Under the pieces are notes generated by a model. That model saw nothing but the letters and a program-made list of their open reading frames with translations, had not been told where the DNA came from and made no database searches. Source: a virus (taxonomy: Duplodnaviria > Caudoviricetes). Taken from it: DNA of 59,738 bases. The DNA lies in IMG/VR virus record IMGVR_UViG_3300032227_001215, positions 1 through 59,738 of that record; one strand, 5' to 3'. Of the stretch, positions 1 through 10,797 are shown piece by piece. The position numbers and the translations under genes are program-made. Numbering within the stretch: the stretch's first letter is position 1; each line of letters starts with the position of its first letter.

Positions 1-1
1 A

Positions 2-286
2 ACATATACAATTGCTACATTGTATGTAAACACATTAACTGTGACCAGTGTCGGCGCTGCCAATATTACCAGTGCAAATGATTTAAACTTGAAATCTGCA
101 GGGCAAATTACTGTTAATGCTCCGTTTGTATTGACAACATCTACTACTGCAGGATTAGGTGCCATTGGCGCTATAACACAAAGAGGTGCTATGGTATTTG
201 TCATCGATGCTACAGGCGGAGCCCAGCCATGTTATTATGATGGCACACGTTGGTACACAGTCAATGGAAGGACACAAATAACATGA
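2..286 (+). CDS. 3' end of a tail/fibre-type structural protein (runs off the left edge)
   Basis: Frame is open from base 2; Thr/Gly-rich beta-type sequence ending in GAMVFVIDATGGAQPCYYDGTRW, a type of terminal module also seen at the end of the 57785 ORF. Confidence 0.6.
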   Translation, partial: TYTIATLYVNTLTVTSVGAANITSANDLNLKSAGQITVNAPFVLTTSTTAGLGAIGAITQRGAMVFVIDATGGAQPCYYDGTRWYTVNGRTQIT

Positions 287-1902
287 TGTATAATTATTAT
301 GTAGTGGCCGATCATCCGAATTTAAAAGAAATCATACATCAAGAGTTACATGCCGAAACTGGTGATGATTTTGTACCCAGTCGATCGGTAGAATGTACAG
401 ATTGTCAACCCGGCAGTCTGTACAACGGTATATTTTTATTAACAGAACAAGAAGCCGAAATCTTAAAAAATGATCCCAGAATAAGAGATGTACATCGTAT
501 TCCGGAGGAACTTGGTATATTTCCCACACTCTATGGAACAAGAGCAGGACAATATGATAAAAGTGGTACAGTAACCTCAGTTATGAAAAATTGGGGGCTA
601 AGTCGCTGTATTAATAAAACAGATAATTTTGGTGCGTCAAACGCTGTCACTACACCGTATACGTTTAATCTCGACGGTACTGGAATTGATGTAATTATAA
701 TAGATAGTGGAGTAGAACCAGGACATCCGGAGCTTGCTGTGAATGCCGACGGTACTGGTGGAAGTCGTGTTGTTGATTTTAACTGGGCAAGTTTAGGGAT
801 ACCCGGAATAGAGTCATCATCATATTATGGTGGATACCTTGGAGACTGTAGGGGACACGGTACTTATTGTGCAAGTATTATAGCAGGAAATACCTGTGGA
901 TGGGCACCTAAGGCTAATATTTATAGTTTAAGATGTATACCTTCCGGATTAAGAGCCCAGGGACAACCGGAGCTGGATATTACCACAGGTGCGGTGTTGG
1001 GATTAATAAGTGCTCAGTTGGGCTGGCAAGCAATTAGATTGTTTCACGAAAGAAAACCAATAGATCCAGCCACAGGTTATCGTAGACCCACTGTAGTTAA
1101 CGCTAGTTATGGGTCCGGTATTACCTATGCAAACATCCAACTAACCTCTATATTATACAGAGGAACTACTTATAATATCAATACTACCGACAACAATTTC
1201 GGAACCATTGATATTACTGATTTAAATATTGGCGGATCCGCACCTTTCAGAAACCCTGCAGTTGATGCAGATGTCGAAGCATGTATTGCTGCAGGTGTTA
1301 TAGTTATATCAGCAGCTGGTAATTCTGCACATAAAATAGATATTCCCACAGGACCAGATTATGACAATGAAATTTTTTTCGTCTCTGGTGGCATATTGTA
1401 TAGAGCATTTTATCACCGAGGCCCTACTCCCAGTGCCGCACCTGGAGTGATCTGTGTAGGATCAATTGGGGCTGTACCACCGGAACATAAAGTAACTTAC
1501 AGCAATACCGGCCCACGAGTAAATATATTTGCTCCCGGAGACAATATTGCAGGAGCATGGGGCAATAGTCGTTCAATTTCTGGTAAATTCCCAGTACAAG
1601 ATTCACGGGATACCAGGTACTATCTCAATAAAGACAACGGAACAAGTTACGCGGGTCCTCAGGTTGCTGGCATAGCTAGTCTATTACTGCAGGCTCGTCC
1701 TTGGATGACTGCAACAGATGTATTGAATATAATAACTGCCACTTCAGTAAAAAATCTTTTAAGTGAAACATATTATTGGGATGGCGGTGCGCCGGCATCA
1801 GTCAGTACAGGAACTTACAACAATTTAAGTAGTTTACAGGGGGCAGTTAACGGGTATTTATATATGCCGTTTAATCAACCAATCACCATGACGATAGGGT
1901 AA
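283..1902 (+). CDS. S8 subtilisin-like serine protease with N-terminal prodomain, probably virion-associated
   Basis: Triad motifs IIIDSG, GHGTYCAS, GTSYAGP and oxyanion motif AAGN; ATG at 283 overlaps the upstream stop (ATGA); no signal peptide. Confidence 0.9.
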   Translation: MMYNYYVVADHPNLKEIIHQELHAETGDDFVPSRSVECTDCQPGSLYNGIFLLTEQEAEILKNDPRIRDVHRIPEELGIFPTLYGTRAGQYDKSGTVTSVMKNWGLSRCINKTDNFGASNAVTTPYTFNLDGTGIDVIIIDSGVEPGHPELAVNADGTGGSRVVDFNWASLGIPGIESSSYYGGYLGDCRGHGTYCASIIAGNTCGWAPKANIYSLRCIPSGLRAQGQPELDITTGAVLGLISAQLGWQAIRLFHERKPIDPATGYRRPTVVNASYGSGITYANIQLTSILYRGTTYNINTTDNNFGTIDITDLNIGGSAPFRNPAVDADVEACIAAGVIVISAAGNSAHKIDIPTGPDYDNEIFFVSGGILYRAFYHRGPTPSAAPGVICVGSIGAVPPEHKVTYSNTGPRVNIFAPGDNIAGAWGNSRSISGKFPVQDSRDTRYYLNKDNGTSYAGPQVAGIASLLLQARPWMTATDVLNIITATSVKNLLSETYYWDGGAPASVSTGTYNNLSSLQGAVNGYLYMPFNQPITMTIG

Positions 1903-1903
1903 T

Positions 1904-1911
1904 TATAAATA
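1904..1911 (+). promoter_or_regulatory. T4-like late promoter TATAAATA
   Basis: Exact T4 late consensus in the intergenic gap before the 1949 ATG. Confidence 0.65.
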
Positions 1912-1948
1912 CACTATTAGAGATGGATCAGGAGTACTTTTTTAAATT

Positions 1949-3472
1949 ATGAGACCATATATTAGCATATTACCGGCACTTACTAATCCTACCCTCAATG
2001 AAACACTATTCATTGTACAGGACAGCAGTGTTAACCAAACCTTAACTGTAAGTCAAACTGCTCAGTTGATGGTTTCTGCTGGCGCAATAACAAGAGGACC
2101 GCAAGGACCAAAGGGACCACAAGGACCGCAAGGAGTACAAGGACCGCAGGGAGTACAAGGCGTACAAGGACCACAAGGACCGCAGGGCGTACAAGGACCA
2201 CAAGGCGTTCAAGGACCACAAGGCGTTCAAGGACCACAAGGACCACAAGGCGTACAAGGACCACAAGGCGTACAAGGACCGCAGGGTGTACAAGGTGTAC
2301 AAGGTGTACAAGGACCACAAGGTGTACAGGGACCGCAGGGAGATAGAGGTCCAACCGGCGTTAGCAACGTCTCAGGACCAAGCGGTCCAAGTGGGCCGAG
2401 CGGGCCGCTTGGTCCAACCGGCGTTAGCAATGTTCCAGGACCAAGTGGACCAAGCGGTCCTACAGGTGTCGGTGTACAAGGACCACAAGGCGTACAAGGA
2501 CCACAAGGTGTACAAGGGCCACAAGGCGTACAAGGGCCACAAGGACCACAAGGCGTACAAGGACCGCAGGGAGTACAAGGACCGCAGGGAGATAGAGGTC
2601 CAACCGGTGTTAGCAATGTCTCGGGACCAAGTGGCCCAAGTGGACCAAGTGGCCCAAGTGGACCAACCGGTGTTAGCAATGTCTCGGGACCAAGTGGCCC
2701 AAGTGGACCAAGTGGCCCAAGTGGACCAAGTGGTGTTAGCAATGTCTCGGGACCAAGTGGACCAAGTGGCCCAAGTGGCCCAAGCGGACCGAGTGGTGTT
2801 AGCAATGTCTCGGGACCAAGTGGACCAAGCGGACCAAGTGGACCGGTTGGACCAAGTGGTGTTAGCAATGTCTCGGGACCAAGCGGCCCGATAGGCCCGA
2901 CCGGCCCAAGTGGATCTCAAGGGCCCATAGGACCCCCAGGTGGACCAACAGGACCCAGTGGACCCGGTGGACCCAGTGGACCGGAAGGCGGTCCCGGACC
3001 AACAGGACCCAGTGGGCCAAGCGGCCCAGCTGGAGCTCCCGGTAATGTCAATACTGATCAAGATCTATATACAACCAGCAATGTTCGATTTAGAAGTCTC
3101 GGTGTAGGAATAGCACCAACTGGGATTGCTGGAGAAATTGTTGCCATCAATGAAATTACTGCTTATTATTCGGATGATAGGCTTAAAATTCGATTAGGTA
3201 ATATACCAGATGCGCTACATAAAATAGAAAGTCTCAATGGATTCTATTATACTCCTAATGAAGCGGCCACACAATTAGGTTATGAATTTAAAAAGCATGT
3301 TGGCATTAGTGCTCAAGAGGTTAAGGCTGTTTTAGAGGAAGCAACAGCACCTGCTCCAATTGATCAACAATATCTAACTGTAAAATATGAAAAATTAGTT
3401 CCTTTATTAATAGAAGCTATTAAAGAGTTAGGAAAGAAGATTAAAGAATTAGAGAGCAAAATAGGGCGATAA
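1949..3472 (+). CDS. Collagen-like tail fibre protein with C-terminal S74 intramolecular chaperone
   Basis: Long GPQ/GVQ/GPS triplet runs; C-terminal YYSDDRLK...GISAQEV...[15 protein letters not shown]. Confidence 0.85.
   Translation: MRPYISILPALTNPTLNETLFIVQDSSVNQTLTVSQTAQLMVSAGAITRGPQGPKGPQGPQGVQGPQGVQGVQGPQGPQGVQGPQGVQGPQGVQGPQGPQGVQGPQGVQGPQGVQGVQGVQGPQGVQGPQGDRGPTGVSNVSGPSGPSGPSGPLGPTGVSNVPGPSGPSGPTGVGVQGPQGVQGPQGVQGPQGVQGPQGPQGVQGPQGVQGPQGDRGPTGVSNVSGPSGPSGPSGPSGPTGVSNVSGPSGPSGPSGPSGPSGVSNVSGPSGPSGPSGPSGPSGVSNVSGPSGPSGPSGPVGPSGVSNVSGPSGPIGPTGPSGSQGPIGPPGGPTGPSGPGGPSGPEGGPGPTGPSGPSGPAGAPGNVNTDQDLYTTSNVRFRSLGVGIAPTGIAGEIVAINEITAYYSDDRLKIRLGNIPDALHKIESLNGFYYTPNEAATQLGYEFKKHVGISAQEVKAVLEEATAPAPIDQQYLTVKYEKLVPLLIEAIKELGKKIKELESKIGR
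2096..3043 (+). repeat. 9/18-bp collagen-coding tandem repeats ([15 protein letters not shown] interruptions)
   Basis: Directly visible ggaccacaaggcgtacaa and ggaccaagt repeats. Confidence 0.95.
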
Positions 3473-3480
3473 ATATAGCT

Positions 3481-6400
3481 ATGACATTCCGACCTGACAT
3501 TAATATCGCTTTACTTCCGCAGCTTACAAACCCATCCGAAGGCGAAACTAAGTTTATTGTGCAGGATTCTGCTGTTTATCAATATATAACCGTAGAGCAG
3601 GTTAGATCATTGGTACAGGCAGGACCAAGCGGCCCACAAGGACCAAGAGGCCCACAAGGACCACAGGGCGTACAAGGACCACAAGGCGTACAAGGCGTAC
3701 AAGGACCACAAGGACCACAGGGCATACAAGGACCACAGGGCGTACAAGGACCACAGGGCGTACAAGGACCACAAGGACCACAAGGACCGCAAGGACCGCA
3801 AGGCATACAGGGACCACAGGGCGTACAAGGACCACAAGGTGTACAAGGCGTACAAGGACCACAAGGCATACAAGGACCGCAGGGAGATAGGGGACCGACC
3901 GGACCCAGTGGTCCTACATTATCAAGCAATATTGCCGGCGGAGCGGCCGGAAGTATCCCTATTCAAAGTGCTGCCAATACTACAGCATATATACCTATAG
4001 GTAGTGCTGGTTACATTTTACAAAGTAATGCCAATACTGCTACCTGGGTCAGTACATCAACTGTATCAGTGGGCAATGCAGATAATGCAAATAAAATCTA
4101 CACAGCAGAAAGCAATGCCAATAGCGACCTTTATCCCACAATGTCCGCCAGTGCCAATTCCAATAACGATATTGCTGTTGATTCGGGATTATTTTATAGA
4201 CCATTCACTGGACTATTAACCTCTCCAAGTATTTCAGTTTCTACTTCTACAAATAGTGTAAGCACAGTAACCGGAGCTCTTGTGGTAAAAGGCGGTGCGG
4301 GCATTGGAGAAGATTTATACGTCGGTGGAACCATTTATGGTAATTTAAATGGCGGAGGAGGTATATCAAATCCATTTGATGGTATATTCACCATTACCAA
4401 TATAACTGCTGCTTTGTCAACTGCTACAGGTGCATTGCAGGTCAGAGGTGGAGTGGGCATCGGAGGAGGTATACAGGTCGGTGATCAATCATCTATTACT
4501 AATAATAGTGGTGCAACATACCCTAGTCATACTCCCACTGTGTTCTTTAAGAATTCAGGATCAAATACTTCGTCAATTGTACTACAAAATAATGACGGGA
4601 ATAAGAATGTTGCTATTATAAATTATAATGGTTCATTAATAATAGATGCAAAAAATACCGCAGCTACTTCGACATTGACCGGTGCTCTTGTAGTAAACGG
4701 CGGGGTTGGTATTGGAGGTGATGTATGGATCGGTAAAAAACTAGCCGTGTTAAACGGTGCATCGGGAACCGGAAGTCCAAGAAGTCCGTTGGACATTTAC
4801 ATGAACAACGGTACTCTTGCAGCAAGTTGGTTTAGTGGCGTTGATGTTTTTGACTTTAGAAAAGAAGGATCAGTATGGAAATTTGGCCCTACTTCGAATT
4901 CTGCAATGGGCTTGGGGCCAAATGAGCCGCTTTACATCAAAGATGGGTCAACTAACAATTATGTAGGTATTCGTCAAACTAATCCAACAGCTTGGTTACA
5001 TGTAGGCGGACAGGCAAAGATTTCTAGCTACTCAGAAAATGCCAGCTCAACAAGCACAGGAGCATTAATTGTCGAAGGTGGGGCAGCGATTGGTAGAGAC
5101 TTGTATGTTGGTGGAACCATTTATGGTAATTTCAGTGGCCCGAGTGGAGTCGGTGCCAGTTTAGACTCAAACTGTTCATTAAAGATTGGTGGTGTTGGTA
5201 CATTAGCCAGTAGTACAGGTAAGCATAATGTAGCCATTGGTTGTTATTCAATGGTTGATAATACCACAGGTTGTAGTAATACTGCAATTGGTTTTAGTGC
5301 ATTACAATGTAATAACACAGGTACTGATAATACTGCTATTGGATATAATGCGTTAAAATCTAACACTACGGGCAATTACAATACTGCAATTGGTCGTAAT
5401 GCATTACTCTTCAATAGCTCGGGTAATAATAATACTGCAATTGGTAGTCATGCATTATGTAGGAACAACATAGGTAATAACAATACCGCAATTGGTCGGT
5501 GGGCATTGTTTAACAATACCACTGGTAATAACAATACTGCAATTGGTTTTTATGCATTACTGAATAATACCACAGGTGATAATAATACTGCGATTGGTTG
5601 TAATGCATTAAAATGTAATAATTACGGTAATTTTAATACTGCAATTGGTTTTAGTGCATTATACTGTAACATTGGTGGTAGTAGTAATGTTGCAATTGGT
5701 GTTGCCCCATTAAAATATAATACCTATGGGTTTAACAATACTGCAATTGGTCGAGAGGTATTATTACGTAATACTACAGGTTGTGGTAATATTGCAATTG
5801 GTAATAAAGCATTAAAATATAACAGAGTGGGCAACTACAATACCGCATTTAATTACGGTGCGTTAGAAAACAATTGCACAGGTGGTTGTAATACTGCAAT
5901 TGGTTTTAAAGCATTATATTCCAATACTACAGGTAGTCATAATATCGCAATTGGTTGTAGGGCATTATGTTTAAGCAATGCCACTGGTTGTAATATAGCA
6001 ATTGGTGCCAATGCAGGTGCGGCACTTACTACAGGTGTCAACAACACCATTATTGGTAGCAGTGTTGTTACCAGTGGGTTATCCAGTACAGTCGTCATTG
6101 CTGCCGGTACAACAGAGCGTATCAAAGTCAATTCCGTTGGATTATATATCAATGGATCAGCATTTACTGGTGGTCCAAGTGGACCAAGTGGAGTCAGTGC
6201 CACTTTGGATGCAAACTGTTCATTAAAGATTGGCGGTGCAACCACGTTAGCGAGTAGTACAGGTAAACATAACTTTGCCATTGGTTGTTATTCAATGGTT
6301 GACAATACCATAGGTTGTGCTAATACTGCAATTGGTTTGGGTGCATTACAATGTAATACCACAGGTTGTAATAATACTGCAATCGGTGGTAGTGCATTAA

Positions 6401-8886
6401 AATTTAATACCATAGCTGTTAATAATACCGCAATTGGTTATAATACATTAAAATGTAATACCATAGGTTCTTATAATACCGCAATTGGTTATAATGCATT
6501 AAAATGTAATACCACAGGTCGTGCTAGTGTTGCAATTGGTCTTCATGCATTATGTGGAAATACCTTCGGCAGTAATAATACCGCAATTGGTCGATATGCT
6601 ATGAGATATAATACCACAGGTAATCATAATATTGCAATTGGTTATGCTACATTAAAATGTAATAAGACAGGTCAGGGTAATGTTGCACTTGGTCCGTGTG
6701 CAATGTGCTGTAATAGCGGCGGGGATGGTAATGTTGCAATTGGTGATGGTGGTGTATTAAAATGTAATATTGCAGGTAATGATAATACTGCAATTGGTTA
6801 TAGTGCATTAAAAAATAATACAACAGGCCGTAATAATACCGCAATTGGTCGACGTGCATTAGAAGATAATACCATAGGTAATTATAATGTAGCAATTGGT
6901 CATTGTGCATTAATATATAATAGCACAGGTAATCATAGTATTGCAATTGGTTGTAATGCATTATATTCAAGCAATGCCGCTGGTTGTAATATAGCAATTG
7001 GTATGTGCGCAGGTAGAGCACTCACCACAGGTATCAACAACACTATTATTGGTAGTAGTGTTGTTACCAGTGGGTTATGCAGTACAGTTATTATTGCTGC
7101 TGGTACAACAGAACGAATCAAAGTCAATTCAGTTGGATTATATATCAATGGTAGTGTGTTTACAGGTAGCACAGTAAGCGGCCCAAGTGGTCCAAGTGGT
7201 CCAAGTGGCCCAAGCGGTCCAAGCGGTCCAAGCGGTCCAAGTGGTTCAGGTAGTACAGTAAGTGGCCCGAGCGGTCCAAGCGGCCCGAGTGGTCCAGGTA
7301 GTACAGTAAGCGGCCCGAGTGGTCCAAGCGGCTCGAGTGGTCCAAGCGGCCCGAGTGGTCCAAGCGGCCCGAGTGGTTCGGGTAGTACAGTAAGCGGCCC
7401 GAGTGGTCCAAGCGGCCCGAGTGGTCCAACCGGTGCTGGAATAACAAGTCCATTTGCTGGAATATTCACAATAACTAATACTACTATTTCTATATCAACT
7501 ACTACAGGTGCATTACAGGTAGCAGGAGGTGTTGGTATTGGTGGTAGATTGAATATCGGTAATACCGCAACAATCTACAGTACAGCCGTATCAACCTCTA
7601 CAACCACCGGTGCTTTGACTGTTGTTGGCGGAGTTGGTATTGGTGGTAGATTGAATATCGGTAATACTGCAACAATCTATAGTATAGCCGCATCGATCTC
7701 TACAACCACTGGAGCATTGATTGTTTCCGGTGGAGTTGGTATTGGTGGCGATTTATATGCCGGTAATATCTACACCAATGGACAATTGGTTATTTCGGCA
7801 GGAGGTGGGGGTGGTGCTGGATCATTGACCCCCACTTATATAGCATATGGTCAAGCAGATGGTAGTATTACAGGAACTAACCGTTTGGTTTATAACAGTA
7901 CCGAAGATACTATTAGGTTAGGGGACCCTACTAGTACAACCTATATAATGATAGGCCACGGTGAATCCAGCACATCGGATGGTACTAATCTAGGGATTGG
8001 TTATAAAGCTCTCAATAGTGCTCAAGCTGGCGGAACTGGTAATGTAGCAATCGGGTGGGAGGCTCTTTTTAAGAGCACTACGGGCGATAATAATACTGCA
8101 ATGGGCTATGAATCGGGATTAAACAATACCATAGGAAGCAATTCAACGCTGATAGGTTATCAAGCTGGAAAATTTATTAGTGGCAGCGGTAACACCGCGA
8201 TCGGCAGTGGGGCTTTAACTGGCGGTGCAGATCCTATCACTGGCAATAATAATACAGCAATAGGATACAATGCATCAAATTTATTTACAGGCGGATTTAG
8301 TAACACAACTGCATTGGGATACAATAGCGTAGTTACAAATAATAATCAAGTTCAGCTAGGCGGTAGCGGTACAACTACATTTGCTCATGGTGCAGTACAA
8401 GATAGATCTGATCAAAGAGACAAGGCCGAAATTAGAGATACACTATTAGGATTGGATTTTGTATTATCTCTACGTCCAGTAGATTATAAATGGGATATGA
8501 GAGATGATTATAAACCAGCAAGACCCGATATAGTCAAACCAGAACTACCCAACAATCCTACAGCAGAACAAACAGCAGAATATAATATCGCGTTAGATTC
8601 TTACAACTCTATCATGTCAGCTTGGCAACAATCAATTCGAATGTCTAATCTTGTGCATGATGGCAGCAAAATTAGAACCAGATATCACCATGGATTAATT
8701 GCTCAAGAAGTTAAATCTGTATTGGATAGCAAAGGCATAGATTTTGGCGGATATCAGGATCACTCTGTTAAAGGTGGCGAAGATGTGTTAAGTCTTGGAT
8801 ATAGTGAATTTATAGCACCACTAATTAAAGCTATACAAGAACTCAATGCTAAGGTTGATGCGTTATCTGCTAAAATTAATACATAA
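3481..8886 (+). CDS. 1801-aa mosaic tail fibre: collagen segments, TGALxVxGGxGIG repeats, 17-aa NTAIG beta-roll repeats, C-terminal S74 chaperone
   Basis: Repeats visible in the translation; C-terminal RSDQRDK...GLIAQEV...[15 protein letters not shown]; N-terminus is paralogous to that of the 1949 ORF. Confidence 0.85.
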   Translation: MTFRPDINIALLPQLTNPSEGETKFIVQDSAVYQYITVEQVRSLVQAGPSGPQGPRGPQGPQGVQGPQGVQGVQGPQGPQGIQGPQGVQGPQGVQGPQGPQGPQGPQGIQGPQGVQGPQGVQGVQGPQGIQGPQGDRGPTGPSGPTLSSNIAGGAAGSIPIQSAANTTAYIPIGSAGYILQSNANTATWVSTSTVSVGNADNANKIYTAESNANSDLYPTMSASANSNNDIAVDSGLFYRPFTGLLTSPSISVSTSTNSVSTVTGALVVKGGAGIGEDLYVGGTIYGNLNGGGGISNPFDGIFTITNITAALSTATGALQVRGGVGIGGGIQVGDQSSITNNSGATYPSHTPTVFFKNSGSNTSSIVLQNNDGNKNVAIINYNGSLIIDAKNTAATSTLTGALVVNGGVGIGGDVWIGKKLAVLNGASGTGSPRSPLDIYMNNGTLAASWFSGVDVFDFRKEGSVWKFGPTSNSAMGLGPNEPLYIKDGSTNNYVGIRQTNPTAWLHVGGQAKISSYSENASSTSTGALIVEGGAAIGRDLYVGGTIYGNFSGPSGVGASLDSNCSLKIGGVGTLASSTGKHNVAIGCYSMVDNTTGCSNTAIGFSALQCNNTGTDNTAIGYNALKSNTTGNYNTAIGRNALLFNSSGNNNTAIGSHALCRNNIGNNNTAIGRWALFNNTTGNNNTAIGFYALLNNTTGDNNTAIGCNALKCNNYGNFNTAIGFSALYCNIGGSSNVAIGVAPLKYNTYGFNNTAIGREVLLRNTTGCGNIAIGNKALKYNRVGNYNTAFNYGALENNCTGGCNTAIGFKALYSNTTGSHNIAIGCRALCLSNATGCNIAIGANAGAALTTGVNNTIIGSSVVTSGLSSTVVIAAGTTERIKVNSVGLYINGSAFTGGPSGPSGVSATLDANCSLKIGGATTLASSTGKHNFAIGCYSMVDNTIGCANTAIGLGALQCNTTGCNNTAIGGSALKFNTIAVNNTAIGYNTLKCNTIGSYNTAIGYNALKCNTTGRASVAIGLHALCGNTFGSNNTAIGRYAMRYNTTGNHNIAIGYATLKCNKTGQGNVALGPCAMCCNSGGDGNVAIGDGGVLKCNIAGNDNTAIGYSALKNNTTGRNNTAIGRRALEDNTIGNYNVAIGHCALIYNSTGNHSIAIGCNALYSSNAAGCNIAIGMCAGRALTTGINNTIIGSSVVTSGLCSTVIIAAGTTERIKVNSVGLYINGSVFTGSTVSGPSGPSGPSGPSGPSGPSGPSGSGSTVSGPSGPSGPSGPGSTVSGPSGPSGSSGPSGPSGPSGPSGSGSTVSGPSGPSGPSGPTGAGITSPFAGIFTITNTTISISTTTGALQVAGGVGIGGRLNIGNTATIYSTAVSTSTTTGALTVVGGVGIGGRLNIGNTATIYSIAASISTTTGALIVSGGVGIGGDLYAGNIYTNGQLVISAGGGGGAGSLTPTYIAYGQADGSITGTNRLVYNSTEDTIRLGDPTSTTYIMIGHGESSTSDGTNLGIGYKALNSAQAGGTGNVAIGWEALFKSTTGDNNTAMGYESGLNNTIGSNSTLIGYQAGKFISGSGNTAIGSGALTGGADPITGNNNTAIGYNASNLFTGGFSNTTALGYNSVVTNNNQVQLGGSGTTTFAHGAVQDRSDQRDKAEIRDTLLGLDFVLSLRPVDYKWDMRDDYKPARPDIVKPELPNNPTAEQTAEYNIALDSYNSIMSAWQQSIRMSNLVHDGSKIRTRYHHGLIAQEVKSVLDSKGIDFGGYQDHSVKGGEDVLSLGYSEFIAPLIKAIQELNAKVDALSAKINT
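3622..3915 (+). repeat. Collagen GPQ/GVQ repeat
   Basis: Direct 9-bp periodicity. Confidence 0.95.
5137..7167 (+). repeat. Two tandem ~1-kb modules, each an array of 51-bp (17-aa) NTTGxxNTAIGxxALxx repeats
   Basis: Both modules start LD(S/A)NCSLKIGG and end [16 protein letters not shown]; about 17 and 16 repeat units. Confidence 0.9.
7180..7434 (+). repeat. Collagen GPS repeat with GSTVS interruptions
   Basis: Direct 9-bp periodicity. Confidence 0.95.
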
Positions 8887-8940
8887 TTTACTGGGCAGTT
8901 TATAGTTCAATAAATAGTTATTAATAGTAGGATCTATGTT

Positions 8941-10692
8941 GTGGCCAATACAGTAACCAGTTATCTTTCTAAAATCAAACAAAACTTCCCAGTAAAAGGG
9001 CAAGACAACGACTCGCAGGGTTTTAGAGATAACTTTTACAATATTCATGAAGCAATCAAATATGTCAATGAAAATGTAGACCTATTAGATCAAACCACTA
9101 TAAAAACCAATAGCACTTCGACATTTGGCGGTAATACCATAGACTCGGCTAATTTTAAAAATTGTTCAACTGAGCTATATTCTTATGAATTACAAACCGA
9201 TGTTATTAATATAGACTATTCATTAGGAAGTTATCAGCAATTTGATCTAAGTGCCGGGTTACACGATTTATACATAGAAAATTGGCCCGGAGCTGGAAAA
9301 TCTGGAAATTTAAGATTATCAGTTACTCCAGCAGGCGAAGCATATACTGCCATAAACTTCTTAGGAACTACCGATTTAGGACCCGTAAGTAATCCTTATC
9401 AATTAACAGCAGGTATTGCTAATATTTTTGAATTGTTTAGCGGGTCAGACTCTGAGTCCGTATTTGTTAAACAACTTAATGATTATGTGTTCGACAATAA
9501 TACAGCTACTATTGTTGCATGGGTCAATAAATTAAAAATTGGAATTTTAAATAATTCAACAGGTACAAATACATTTAACACCGGAACTAATCGTACCACT
9601 GTAATGAGAAATTCTACTTCTAGTGGTGCGTTGGCATTAATTCCAAATCGCATTACCAAACGTGTAATTCAAATTACTGCAATAAATCCTCCCGAATCTG
9701 TAACATTAGAACTTGACAATGTTTCGGATATAGAAAGATTTTCCACTTTTAATCTTTCAACTGGAAGCAAAACTACATATACTGTAAGCCTGGTTTCTGC
9801 TACTACAGTTACAGTAGTTCCAAATGATATAGATTGGATTCATACTGTACATCCTGACGATTTAATTACTTTTATAAGCCCAACATTTACAGAACAAGAA
9901 ACGGTTGTTACACTATCTACAACTCCTGCTACCACTGCTACAGGAACTTATACTAATTACATAGGATCCATCTATGCCGATAAACATAGATTAGAAGTAA
10001 CCTATGATGATTACGGAAATGATGTTACCAATACCATGCACTTAACAACCATGGTCACCACAACACAGGTTACCAATACCAGTACCGATTTATGCAGTGC
10101 TCAGTTTGTTCATAGTATATTACCATACGGCAGTATTATCATATGGCACGGAATAGTGAGCAATATTCCCAAGGGTTGGGCATTATGCAATGGAACCAAT
10201 GGTACTCCTAATCTCGTTGATAGATTTATTGTAGGTGCAGGGTCTGATTATGTATATGCTGGTAATCCTAATCCCCGGGCCTCTACAAACATTATGGAAA
10301 CTACATCTGCAATAGGTGGTAGCTCTTCTACTGTTCTAGTAAGCCATACTCACGCAGCATCAATTAAGGAAGTTAAATTCGATATACCGCACACAGGGTT
10401 AGTTAACGATCCTGGTCACCATCATATTGTACCTAGCCTAAGATCAGCCGATGCTAATAATGACGGAGCAAATGGTAAGCAATACGGTCCTATTGAGCCA
10501 ACAGGACGTATAACCAGCGATGAAACAACAGGGATAACATTAGATCCTCACAAAGATGTAACTGTTCCTCCGGGCGCAATAACTGTCGATTCGGCTGGTA
10601 CTTCTACATACTCGCACACTAACATACCACCGTTTTATGCTCTTTGCTACATTATGAAAACTACTGGATTTGGAATAACCGGCACACTGTAA
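8941..10692 (+). CDS. Baseplate/short tail fibre protein with tail collar domain, copy 1
   Basis: Collar motif LPYGSIIIWHG...IPKGWALCNGTNGTPNLVDRFIVGAG; HTH and HHH tip motifs; PPFYALCYIMK end; ATAAATA at 8910. Confidence 0.8.
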   Translation: MANTVTSYLSKIKQNFPVKGQDNDSQGFRDNFYNIHEAIKYVNENVDLLDQTTIKTNSTSTFGGNTIDSANFKNCSTELYSYELQTDVINIDYSLGSYQQFDLSAGLHDLYIENWPGAGKSGNLRLSVTPAGEAYTAINFLGTTDLGPVSNPYQLTAGIANIFELFSGSDSESVFVKQLNDYVFDNNTATIVAWVNKLKIGILNNSTGTNTFNTGTNRTTVMRNSTSSGALALIPNRITKRVIQITAINPPESVTLELDNVSDIERFSTFNLSTGSKTTYTVSLVSATTVTVVPNDIDWIHTVHPDDLITFISPTFTEQETVVTLSTTPATTATGTYTNYIGSIYADKHRLEVTYDDYGNDVTNTMHLTTMVTTTQVTNTSTDLCSAQFVHSILPYGSIIIWHGIVSNIPKGWALCNGTNGTPNLVDRFIVGAGSDYVYAGNPNPRASTNIMETTSAIGGSSSTVLVSHTHAASIKEVKFDIPHTGLVNDPGHHHIVPSLRSADANNDGANGKQYGPIEPTGRITSDETTGITLDPHKDVTVPPGAITVDSAGTSTYSHTNIPPFYALCYIMKTTGFGITGTL

Positions 10693-10797
10693 TAAGAACT
10701 CAATTCTAAAGTCAATGCTCGGTCTGCTAAAGTTAATACATAATTCACTAAGCAGTTTATAGTTCAATAAATAGTTATTAATAGTAGGATCTATGTT

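Noticed and set aside
2031-3929. Several antisense and alternate-frame ORFs over the collagen repeats (also 6933-7469)
   Set aside because: They are shadows of stop-poor 9-bp repeats, with no RBS or independent protein features
5221-7053. Diversity-generating retroelement acting on the variable repeat slots (many NNT codons)
   Set aside because: No reverse transcriptase or template/variable repeat pair in the window; T-ending codons fit the general AT bias and variation is not confined to adenine positions
2096-7434. Short direct repeats as a possible CRISPR array
   Set aside because: Repeats are contiguous, in frame and protein-coding, with no unique spacers or cas genes
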